Shown piece by piece: positions 54,993-64,000 of a DNA stretch of 64,000 bases (positions within the stretch are counted from its first letter, which is position 1; each line of letters starts with the position of its first letter). Below the pieces are notes generated by a model. That model saw only the letters and a list, made by a program, of their open reading frames with translations. It did not search any database and had not been told where the DNA came from. This DNA is from an uncultured Chlamydiae bacterium (GTDB lineage Bacteria; Chlamydiota; Chlamydiia; Chlamydiales; SM23-39): positions 384,001-448,000 of the forward strand of contig CAWHDP010000002.1 in assembly GCA_963828125.1 (NCBI GenBank), read 5' to 3'. A program made the translations under genes and the position numbers.

Positions 54993-57068
54993 ATGAGACC
55001 GCTCCCCTTCCTTTTTTTAGCGATTGCCTATTTGTCTGCTGAGGACGTCCACGTCCATCTCAAAAATCCGGTCTACACCAACGGAATCGTCTACACAAGC
55101 CAGGGCGGCGTCATCCAAAATAAAGAGATCCGGATCCAGGCCATGAATATTCAATATTTCCACCGGATGGAAGAGGGAAAAATGGTCCAAAAAATCGAGG
55201 CGGAGGGCGATCTTTTGATCCAGTACAAAGGGAGAGTCTTTGTCGGGAGCGAACTCGAATTCGATTTTAACAAAATGACAGGGATCGTCTATGACGGCAA
55301 AACATACTCTTCAATGTGGTATGTCGGAGGAGACAAGATCCAACTCTCTTCCGATGGGAGCTATCGGGTCTCAAACGCTTTCGTCACTACGTGCGAAAAC
55401 AAAGAAAGCACATGGGATTTAAGGGCTAAAAAAATCGATGTGATCAAAGACCAGTTTTTCCAGGCAAAAAAAGTCCGTTTCCGGTTATTTAAACTCCCCG
55501 CTTTATGGCTCCCCTCTTTTAAACTGAACCTCAAGCGGTTCAAAGAACCGATTTTGCGCTACTACGCCAATTGGAACAAAGGGCCCAAGGTCGGATTTCG
55601 CTACCAGCTCTACTCTTGGCACGATCTGGCCTTTTATGGCAGGCTCGAATACCGGTGGAAAAAAGGGTGGGGCGGAGCGCTGGAGAGCGAATATTTTCCC
55701 GAACATGGCCTCACCACGTTCACAACGCGCAACTACCTGGGGAAGGATAGACTCTTCAACGGAGAAGACGTCGAACAAAGATACCGGGTGCAAGGGGCGC
55801 TCCATTCGGAGAGCGAGAGCGGCAAGACCCACACAACGCTGACATGGGATAAGTATAGCGACGTCCGGATGCCGGGCGATTTCAAAAGCGAAGACTTCGA
55901 AGTCGATACAGCCATGAAGACGGTATTCTACGTCCACCATCGGGAAAACGAGTGCATCGCATGGTTCAAAACAAGGCCAAGAGTCAATCCGTTCGAATCG
56001 ATTCAACAAGACCTTCCGACCGGCTATGCGATGACACGGCCTCTCGGGATTAAAAATACAGGGATCATCTCCACGAGTCTGATCAAAGCCTCCTATTTAA
56101 ATTTCCAATATTCAGATCAATTGGTGCATTCACTGAAAAATTTCCACTCGCCGCGGATCGAACTGTTTCAGAGTCTCTATCGGCCCATCCATTGGAAAGG
56201 GGCTACTGTAACCCCCCATTTAGGAGGACGGACAATTTTTTACGGCACAAGCCCCTCCCATGAGGCAAAATGGCTTGGACTACTCGATTATGGGGCGAAG
56301 CTCCACCTCCACGGCAGTAGGCAGTTCCATCGATATAAGCATGTGCTCGAGCCCTATATTGAATATACCGCCCTCACAAGGCCCACTGTAGCACCCGACG
56401 ACCATTACATCTTTTCCATGCAAGACGGCTACCAAAAAATCCAACAGATCTCTATCGGCGCCCGTCATCTCCTGTTCTCGACTCAACGGCCCGGGAAAGA
56501 GGCGAGCTTCACCGCCGATCTGTATGCAAATGCCTTTTTTTCCGATCCGACAATCCCCCAAATCATGCCGCGCGCTTACCTTAAGCTCGAATGGCGCCTC
56601 CCTTCCGTATTCGCCACATGGCATAATTGCTACAATTTCCGGAACCACGTTTGCGACTTTTCCAACGCTCTCCTCAAATGGACGGCAAATGAACATGTGG
56701 CCATGAGCTTGGAAACCCGCTATCGCTCAAAATACGATTGGCGAAAAAGCGATCACGAAAATTTCATCTTAGATGTATCGAGACTTCAGCGAGAATTATT
56801 AGAATCCCCCCTTTCCGATCGGAGAATCACCCTGTTGTCGAACGTGTTCATCCGGTTGAATCCATTTTGGGAACTCCAATTCGAATCGCACCACGGTTTT
56901 TATAGATTATACAAAAATCACATCCACGAAAACCCTTACAATGAATTCAAAATCCACCTCTATACCTGGCTCAGCTCCGCATGGAAACTCCATTTCTACT
57001 ATGGCTATACGTTAAATAACCATTTCGATTGGAATATCAGCGTCCAATGGGTGAAAAAAACTTTTTAG
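54993..57068 (+). CDS. lptD: LptD/OstA-like LPS-assembly outer-membrane protein
   Basis: Signal peptide, N-terminal jellyroll with FVTTCE, aromatic beta-strands, terminal Phe; normally adjacent to the HEAT gene in chlamydiae. Confidence 0.6.
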   Translation: MRPLPFLFLAIAYLSAEDVHVHLKNPVYTNGIVYTSQGGVIQNKEIRIQAMNIQYFHRMEEGKMVQKIEAEGDLLIQYKGRVFVGSELEFDFNKMTGIVYDGKTYSSMWYVGGDKIQLSSDGSYRVSNAFVTTCENKESTWDLRAKKIDVIKDQFFQAKKVRFRLFKLPALWLPSFKLNLKRFKEPILRYYANWNKGPKVGFRYQLYSWHDLAFYGRLEYRWKKGWGGALESEYFPEHGLTTFTTRNYLGKDRLFNGEDVEQRYRVQGALHSESESGKTHTTLTWDKYSDVRMPGDFKSEDFEVDTAMKTVFYVHHRENECIAWFKTRPRVNPFESIQQDLPTGYAMTRPLGIKNTGIISTSLIKASYLNFQYSDQLVHSLKNFHSPRIELFQSLYRPIHWKGATVTPHLGGRTIFYGTSPSHEAKWLGLLDYGAKLHLHGSRQFHRYKHVLEPYIEYTALTRPTVAPDDHYIFSMQDGYQKIQQISIGARHLLFSTQRPGKEASFTADLYANAFFSDPTIPQIMPRAYLKLEWRLPSVFATWHNCYNFRNHVCDFSNALLKWTANEHVAMSLETRYRSKYDWRKSDHENFILDVSRLQRELLESPLSDRRITLLSNVFIRLNPFWELQFESHHGFYRLYKNHIHENPYNEFKIHLYTWLSSAWKLHFYYGYTLNNHFDWNISVQWVKKTF

Positions 57069-57079
57069 AGAAGCCTGAA

Positions 57080-57149
57080 AGGGGTCGTCCAACTGGACAT
57101 TGGCCATTGATCGGCGCAGCGCTTGAGAAGGGCCAATGTCCAGTCCAAT
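57080..57149. repeat. Repeat E right arm plus a full repeat D hairpin
   Basis: AGGGGTCGTCCAA then ACTGGACATTGGCC...GGCCAATGTCCAGT (57092-57144). Confidence 0.85.
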
Positions 57150-57232
57150 CATACGTTTTGGATCCTCAACAAAATGAATAGACTTGCAAGATGGATATCT
57201 GATACATTCGTTTTTCAAACCGGGGGATTGTT

Positions 57233-58267
57233 ATGGCTGCAGTAAGTAATGGTTGGGATACAGGTGCGAAAATAGCCGCACAACCACAGAATCTACAGGA
57301 ATCAAAGACGCCAATGATAGCTTCCACTCCTCACCAATGTCCACCTCGCAGGGGGAGTCCATCGAACACACCCCAGATGTCAAGAGAACAACGGAGAGAG
57401 AGCCTAAAACAAAAATGGGAGCAGCGGATATTCTACGCAAACGAACACATAAAGGCTGTACAAAAACGAGCATGCAAGGTTCCACATCCATCTGACCCGT
57501 CTTATCAGGCAAAGTTATCTGCGCATCTTGATGAGACAGATAAGGCGTTATTGCAACTACAAGTAGAGCAAGCGCGACTATGGACTTGCCTTCAGCCAAG
57601 GCCTCAAAACGATCAAATATTTAGACAAGCCGAATTATTTATTACTGGAAAAAAAGGATCAATAACGGAACTTCGTATACCTCCGACATTTTATAAAGAG
57701 CAGTGCAACCTAGATAAGATCGAAACTCTACCTAAGGATGAATTGGATCGGATCATAGCTGACTATAGTCAAAGACTTCAAACATCGGACATCACATATG
57801 AAGTCACCAAGGAAAATTTGTGGTTTGCCGATCTACTCCTACAGACGATTCATAATTTAAATGCCCTGACTTTCCGGTTAAGAGAGCTAGCAGGAAAATA
57901 TGAATCTTTAGATTTAAGCGGGTTAGACCTTTATTTTCTACCGGAGACGATTGTTAGGAACCAGGATTTTTCTATTACCAAGGATTTGAATTTGGACGGA
58001 AATCAATTGCAACAAATTCCATTTTTATCTAGCATGGATGACCTAGAAACATTGAGCATCCGCAATAACAAATGCCATTTCTTTTTTGTAGACAAGATAT
58101 TGAGTGGTAACATACGGCAGGGAGGGGCCAAACCACTCAAGATAAAGACCGACTCCCAAAACTTCGTCCCAAAAAGGTGTGATACATCATGTCTGCCCAT
58201 TTCTCCTCGAGAAGGGGACTTTATTTTCAATAACAAATCCCCTTTCTTTTTTATAAACAAGATATGA
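57233..58267 (+). CDS. Leucine-rich-repeat effector-like protein
   Basis: Disordered N-terminus; LDLSGLDL, LNLDGNQL and LSIRNN LRRs; AT-rich. Confidence 0.7.
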   Translation: MAAVSNGWDTGAKIAAQPQNLQESKTPMIASTPHQCPPRRGSPSNTPQMSREQRRESLKQKWEQRIFYANEHIKAVQKRACKVPHPSDPSYQAKLSAHLDETDKALLQLQVEQARLWTCLQPRPQNDQIFRQAELFITGKKGSITELRIPPTFYKEQCNLDKIETLPKDELDRIIADYSQRLQTSDITYEVTKENLWFADLLLQTIHNLNALTFRLRELAGKYESLDLSGLDLYFLPETIVRNQDFSITKDLNLDGNQLQQIPFLSSMDDLETLSIRNNKCHFFFVDKILSGNIRQGGAKPLKIKTDSQNFVPKRCDTSCLPISPREGDFIFNNKSPFFFINKI

Positions 58268-58337
58268 ACCTATCTTCAGTTACTTAATAAAGTGAGCATG
58301 ATTGGAATCCTTTAGCCGCGCACAGCGGCTTGTGTCC

Positions 58338-58799
58338 TCAAAAAGGAACAGGATCTGCATGATCACACGTGGCATGATGAGTAGGATGATAGGCTATTCT
58401 GTATTCCAATTTCCTTTTCCCAAAGTTTACCAATCATCCTATCGACAAATTCGTCACCGCCAGATAATTGATCAACTGCGCTTGGTGCTCTCCAGTAAGA
58501 TATTCGCAACTTTTTAGCTCGACGACCACCTGTTTTGCCACTATAAGATCCGGCACGAATATCCCGATCTTTCTCCCTCGAAAATGTACCTCAAATCCTC
58601 GCTCAGCTGAAACTTCTAGCCGACTGTCATTGAGTGCAATCACTAGGGCATTGCGATAAATCGATTCAACGAAACCACTGCCAAGAGTATTTATTACATC
58701 GAAACAGCACCCTAAAATCGCCCTTGTGATGTCACTGAATTTATCTTGTTTATCATGCCACGTGTGATCATGCAAATCCTGTTCTTGTCCCTTCTCCAC
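58338..58799 (-). pseudogene. GxxExxY family PD-(D/E)XK protein with an internal TGA at 58434-58436
   Basis: GSGFVESIY, PDLIV, VVVELKS, HQAQLINYL, then G*LVNFG; the frame continues to a TGA at 58338. Confidence 0.85.
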
Positions 58800-58826
58800 A
58801 AACTCCCCATTTAATGAGTTCTCGTA

Positions 58827-59282
58827 GCGTTCGTCGCCAGAGGCCCCCGTACTCGTAGCCTTAAGAGGTTGCCCAAGACCGTCAACAAGGAGATGAGTAG
58901 TCATTCCCTTCCCCTTGTATCCATAGTCTACTTTTTCTCCACCTCCTTTCCCGGGAGAGAAAAATCCATCGATCGCCAATCGAGTTAAATCAACCATTTT
59001 CCATTCGACGCAAACCCCCTCTAATGCAGTAAGAATGCGTTCTAAAATTCCGTTTTTTTTCCACTCTCCCAAGTATTTATGAGCGCAGGCTCTGGAAGCC
59101 CATTGATCACCGACTGGCACATCACACCAGCGGGCCCCCGTCGTCAATATCCAAATCAGGGTGTTCAGAATTTTTCTTGGATGAAGCGGTTGCTTACCTC
59201 TGAAAGTAATCCCCCATTTATAGGGTATGAATGGCTCTACAACAGCCCATTCTTGATCGTTCAGTCCTATAAATTTACCCAT
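58827..59282 (-). pseudogene. Truncated IS5-family transposase (N-terminal DUF4096-like region plus the first catalytic Asp only)
   Basis: LNDQEW..., ILTTGARWCDVP, AIDG, KGKG...HLLVDGLGQPL; ends at GDER before the remaining DDE residues. Confidence 0.85.
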
Positions 59283-59353
59283 AGCCCACCTCCTGTAAAG
59301 TAAGTGGACATGATGTCATATAAAGATTTTATGTTCTATCTAAAGATATGCTC

Positions 59354-59491
59354 ATTGAGTGGTAACAGACGGAACTGAGGGGTCACACCACTCCGGATAA
59401 AGACCGACTCCCAAAACTTCCCCCCCAAAAAGAGGTAATACATCATGTCTGTCCATTTCTCCTCGAGAAACGGACTTTTTTTTCAGTTAAC
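59354..59491 (+). repeat. Diverged duplicate of the 3' end of the LRR gene (58099-58234)
   Basis: Shared blocks TGAGTGGTAAC, GATAAAGACCGACTCCCAAAACTTC, ATACATCATGTCTG and CCATTTCTCCTCGAGAA. Confidence 0.85.
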
Positions 59492-59548
59492 TTGTAAAGT
59501 CAGGCTAGGCACGTTAGGATCGTCGATTTGTTGGCAGCTTTGACCCTG

Positions 59549-59622
59549 CCCAAATTCACACTTTTGAGGTGGCCGCAGTTATAACCCGCATTTCTCACAC
59601 AGACGCGAGAAAAGGGGCTCAA
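59549..59622. repeat. Repeat B arm plus the left half of repeat A
   Basis: CCCAAATTCACACTTTTGAGGTGGCCGCAGT then TAACCCGCATTTCTCACACAGACGCGAGAAAAGGGGCTCAA. Confidence 0.85.
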
Positions 59623-59909
59623 TATCTTTGTTTCCTGAATCCGGGATGGAATGTGCCGACTTTTGTGAAATTCGACCTCTGCCGCGGCAGATCTCCTCGT
59701 CATTGCCCCATGAACGAGAAGGCGCTTGCCATAGGCCCAAATTCCAATGAGAAGAGCTGTACAAACACTCTCAATCCTCTTCCCCTGCCAATGAGCTTGC
59801 CTCCCCATTCCTTTGCCCCGAAAAACAGAAGCAGGTATCCTAACGCTTTTAGGAACACCGCATAGATCAGCTTCGCCGGGGCGAGGCGGGTGAATAAGGA
59901 GCAGCTGAT

Positions 59910-60674
59910 ATGGATTTCGGAAAAGTAGGCGTCATCGGACTCGGACTCATCGGCGGTTCAATCGCCAAAGCATTGAAGCAGAAAGGATGTTTTGTCGCCA
60001 CTGTTCAATCCAAATCTCCTGATGTTGCTCTAGCAAAAAAATGGATCGACCAGATCTTCCCCACACTCAAGGCTCTCCTGGCAGAGATCGATCTTCTCGT
60101 CATCGCCACTCCCCTCTCAGCCATCCTCCCAATCGCCCGAAAAATTAAGGCGGATCATAAACTCCTTGTCATCGACGTCGGCAGCGTTAAAGGATTGATT
60201 GTTAAGGAGTTCGAAAAATTAACCAAAGGCAATATCGAATTTTTGTCGACTCATCCAATGGCAGGGACAGAAAAAAAAGGATTCGAGGCCGCAGATGCCG
60301 AGTTATTTCAAAATGCCCCCTGGATCATCGTCCCTCATAAAAAAAATCGAACCCATATCGAACCGTGGATCCGGTCGTTGGGAGCCAAACCAATCAAAAT
60401 GAGCGCCGATGACCACGACCAGAAAACTGCCCTCGTCTCCCACCTGCCCGCTATGATCTCAAAGGCCCTCCTCCGCTTTGTCAAAGCGCAAGATCCCAGC
60501 AGCCTCCACATCGCCGGCCCCGGCTTCCAGTCTATGACCCGGTTAGCCAAAGGAAATCCCCAATTAATGACGGAGATCCAGAGGTTCAATAAAAAAAATC
60601 TCGAACTCGTCTGGAAGAAATGGGTGGCCTCTCTTTCAGAGAGGAACCAAAAAAAGCTTCAAATTAAAGATTGA
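59910..60674 (+). CDS. tyrA: Prephenate/arogenate dehydrogenase
   Basis: GLGLIGGSIA, DVGSVK, HPMAGTE, HD...VSHLP, GPGF.SMTRLA. Confidence 0.9.
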   Translation: MDFGKVGVIGLGLIGGSIAKALKQKGCFVATVQSKSPDVALAKKWIDQIFPTLKALLAEIDLLVIATPLSAILPIARKIKADHKLLVIDVGSVKGLIVKEFEKLTKGNIEFLSTHPMAGTEKKGFEAADAELFQNAPWIIVPHKKNRTHIEPWIRSLGAKPIKMSADDHDQKTALVSHLPAMISKALLRFVKAQDPSSLHIAGPGFQSMTRLAKGNPQLMTEIQRFNKKNLELVWKKWVASLSERNQKKLQIKD

Positions 60675-60710
60675 TATCAGATAAACTCTCCGTCTTAACA
60701 AGGAGAGTAT

Positions 60711-63522
60711 ATGGCTAAAATTACAAACCCGCACGGTCAACACCATAGGTCGCGTACACCTGCTGATAGCCGGTTGGAAAACAAAGAATGGGAGACATCG
60801 TCGCCATCAACGTCCCGAGCAAATCAGGTGGCCCGAGACAGACTATTAAATCAACAGCGCCATAGTGACGGATGGGGGAGATCTAGAACTATGTCAACTT
60901 TACAGTTACCCCGACAAAACGAATCACCCCCAATGTCAGTATCGGAGAGTCTAAGCGACACAGCCTCTACTACATCAGATCTATCAATAGCCTCTCAACC
61001 TCTTCCCTTAAACCCCTCAAAAGAAAAACAATGGGCTCAAGAAATCCTCAAGCAACAGCAAATACGAGCAAAGGCGATAGAGCGGCGTCAATACCGGCAG
61101 CAGACCCCCAGACAGTCCCAAGCGGTCTATGAAAGTGTAAAGGCCGGGATTCAGCAGCTAAAAGAAGTCACAGGCAAGAAACTTGAGAGCAAACAAAAGC
61201 AGCACGCAGCAAAAGTAGACGAATTAACTCAAAAGATAGAAGAAATTCAAAAAACTATATCAGAAAAAGAATCGCAATTAAAAACAATTCAAAAAAACAA
61301 CGATACATTACAAGTAGAAAACATTCAACTAACACAAGAACAACAGACACATCAAAAACAGATAGAAGACTTGCAACAGCAGATAAATAACAGTCAACAA
61401 GTCTTAAACATACATGAGGCAGAGCTATTAACTGTACAAAATAAATACAAAGAGTTAGCTAGAGAGAGTCTGGAGCTTGCACAAGACCAAATACGTTCTC
61501 AGCAGCCCATTCCACTGGATCCCGAGGTAGCGACGCCGGACACGGAAAACATGCAAGCAAACATAGAGGAATTTCTGCAGTGGAGTGAGAAGATACGACA
61601 GCAGGAGCTAAGCCACCTATCAACGGTTCAACAGAATCAAGACCAAATCGATCTTGCAATAGAGGTCCAAGCTCAAGATGACTGTCCACAGGAAACAGAG
61701 CCGCCAACTGACTCCATTCCACCACATCAAAATGAGATATCGGCTCCAAAAGGAGAATCGCAACCAGATCCACAGAATCAAGACCAACCCCAGCTACTAG
61801 AATTACAAGACAAAATACTCGCGGACACCCTGGAGCTAAGGAGCCAGGAAGAACCAATGCGAACTTGTAGTAGAGCTCGAAGCTCAAGATGACTGTCAAG
61901 AGAAAATAGAGCCGCTAACTGACGTCATTCCACCACATCAAAATGAGATATCGGCTCCAAAAGGAGAACCGCAACAAGATCCACAGAATCAAGACCAACC
62001 CCGTACAGAGGACAGAATAGTAGAATTAGAGAGCCAAATACAGGAGAATAACCGACTGCTAACGCTCCAGAGGAAGCAACTCAGATCGATAACAGACGAC
62101 TCGATAACAGACGACTCACGGCGCATTGAATGTCAACAGGAAATAGATTTGCTAACTGCCTCCATTCAAAGAGCGCAAAATCAGATATTGGCTCTACAAC
62201 AAGCATCGCAACAAGATCTACAGCATCGAGAGAAACCCAGCGTGTCAAACATCGGAACCGAGGACATGCTCGACCGCAATCATCCTATAGTGATAGAGGC
62301 ACCTGTGGCACAAGCATCTTCTGGTCATGCATCAGATGAACGCCCGGCATCCCCCCCACTCTATTCAGCCCCTTTAGCGATAACACTAGACACAATAGGG
62401 AGCCGGGAGAACCAAGGCGCACTTGTAGCAGAGTCCGCAGCACAAAGTGGCTTGCCACAGAAAATAGAGCCGTTAATTGCCTCCATTGAACCAGATCAAC
62501 ATGCGAGATCGGCTCTACAACAAGCATCGCATCCAGAGAAACTCGGTGCAGTCTGGAAGACAGCAACCCGATTAAGTCAAGAACGACTACGACCACAAAA
62601 ATTGTATTTTCTTTTACAAATCTGTCCTCGGCTTCAAGTAGATGAATTTTGTTTGGTAAAAAACGTCCAGCAGTTGGATGACATAAACTGGATCATAACG
62701 ATGTATCAGGAGTGTCTTAAGAAACAACAATGTGATATTGTGGTCAACAAAGAAAATTTATGGATAGCTGATCTAATGCTTCAAGTTCTCTCTAATATAG
62801 CTTATCCGCTTCGAGAAATTGAAGCTTTCATGAGCCGAGCGCCGCAACGACAACTTCGTATTCTTGAAGAAATAGATCCACAATGCAGCCAGTTATTAAA
62901 AAGGTGTCCCACTTACCAAGACATTAAAGGCCAGGCAAAGCTACCTCAGTGGATCGTTGAGTATTCTAAAAAACTTGATGCGGCAGGAATGAAATACACA
63001 CCGACCCCTAGTAATCTGTGGTTAGTCGACTTACTGCTCCAGGTCGACCATAACCGAAAAGCAATGATACCAGTGTTATCAAAGTTATGGGCTCAGCTTC
63101 CTGCTCCAAAGGGAGGTGCGGAGCCACGGACATATGAAGAACTATCTGAGGCTCTACAGGACATTTCAAAGCATATTAATGAACTTGATTTAAGGAATTT
63201 AGACTTGTATTGGATACCAGAAATAATGCATGACTGCAGATGGAGACATATCGAGGTGTTGCATTTAGATGGAAATCGAATCAGCCACATCCGATCAGAG
63301 TCACTCAAGGGTATGCCCCGCTTAAGAACATTGAGTATTCTCAACAACAAATGCCCTTTCTCCGCACCCAAGGATTTCTTCGAATTCTTACCAGCGTTGT
63401 CGGATGTGCAGAAGGACAAGCAATGGCTAAAATACGACTCACGTATCGTTCCCGTATGGGGCAAGTTGACGTATAAAAGCATCACTAACCCCCCCGAACA
63501 GCCAGACAGCAAAGAAGACTGA
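60711..63522 (+). pseudogene. Large coiled-coil / repeat / LRR effector-like gene split by a +1 frameshift near 61849
   Basis: ORF 60711-61892 joins the frame of ORF 62149-63522, which is open from about 61852; C-terminal LRRs LDLRNLDL, LHLDGNRI and LSILNN. Confidence 0.75.
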
Positions 63523-63530
63523 ATGCAAAA

Positions 63531-63554
63531 GGCCCCATGAAGGTTCATGGGGCC
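63531..63554 (-). terminator. Rho-independent terminator for the minus-strand porin gene
   Basis: GGCCCCATGAA-GG-TTCATGGGGCC with a T-run on the minus strand. Confidence 0.75.
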
Positions 63555-63577
63555 GCGGAATATAAAGAGGAAATTGT

Positions 63578-64000
63578 TTAGTAGTGAAGAGCAAACTGGA
63601 TGTTCAACCCTTGCAGATAGAGGTTCCCTGCCGCAGTGACGCTGTTGCCAACCATCACTTCGTCTCCATATCTGCGGAACATGTTCTGATCGAAAAAGAC
63701 TTGGAAATCATAGCCTGCAGAACAGTCCAGATACCACTTGTTGCAATCGAGATAGGTGCTCCACCCAAATCCTAACTCAAGGTCAAGGTGGGGTCTGAGA
63801 CAACCAAGGCCGCTCTGTCTGTTATTGAAGGGCAAGGTCGTTGTAACCCCGGCGTCTGTGGTCGCAGAACTCTCTACTGTCTTCGCTTGTCTGTAACGAG
63901 TGTAGAGAATATCGCCCGACCCGCAGCCGTACAGTCTGATCCCTTCGCCCAACATCCAAGACATATCAAGGCCTGTTTTAAAACCAACGGCCCACGAGTT
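63578..64000 (-). CDS. Lpg1974/MOMP-like porin, 3' part (gene continues beyond the window)
   Basis: LDLELGFGW, GYDFQVFFDQN, GNLYLQGLNIQFALHY. Confidence 0.7.
   Translation of the reverse strand, partial: NSWAVGFKTGLDMSWMLGEGIRLYGCGSGDILYTRYRQAKTVESSATTDAGVTTTLPFNNRQSGLGCLRPHLDLELGFGWSTYLDCNKWYLDCSAGYDFQVFFDQNMFRRYGDEVMVGNSVTAAGNLYLQGLNIQFALHY

Larger units (their letters stand above)
58266..59353 (-). mobile_element. Defective IS5-family element carrying a GxxExxY passenger gene
   Basis: Imperfect TIRs GAGCATATCTTTAGATA / GAACCTATCTTCAGTTA; both ends are reproduced at 30359-30531. Confidence 0.8.

Noticed and set aside
58434..58436. In-frame TGA as a recoded codon (Trp/Sec) or an alternative genetic code
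   Set aside because: Many intact genes here end in TGA and use TGG for Trp. The position is normally Leu, so a nonsense mutation is simpler.
59500..59865. Short ORFs upstream of tyrA
   Set aside because: They run across repeats B/A and have no recognisable motifs or RBS; probably non-coding or decayed sequence

Overview
This 64 kb window is chromosomal DNA from an environmental member of the Chlamydiota. The assignment rests on an NTT/Npt1-family nucleotide transporter, a Pom-like and two Lpg1974-like outer-membrane barrels, the leuS-waaA and dnaN-recF pairs, an extended IspG, and the PVC 'small basic protein'-ybeY-tlyC-DUF3604 cluster. The backbone is housekeeping and includes three tRNAs (Met, fMet, Pro). 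The accessory features are: (1) a type III polyketide synthase - His/Glu-rich membrane protein - UbiG-like O-methyltransferase - tpx operon; (2) a nucleotide-scavenging locus with two NTT-like transporters, a SAMHD1-like HD hydrolase and a CBS-less GuaB/GMPR enzyme; (3) an orphan Imm40-like gene beside the tRNA-Met pair; (4) a porin/GH3/GH18 glycan-degradation island; (5) an in-frame FolD-ApbE fusion; (6) an Rpn nuclease; (7) an IS5-derived element carrying an inverted-repeat-flanked GxxExxY gene, with a MITE-sized deletion derivative 28 kb away; (8) two paralogous LRR effector-like genes, one split by a +1 frameshift; and (9) at least five families of short palindromic repeats arranged as mosaics at gene ends. 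I saw no CRISPR array, rRNA, integrase or prophage. All calls come from motif recognition by eye; no database searches were run.
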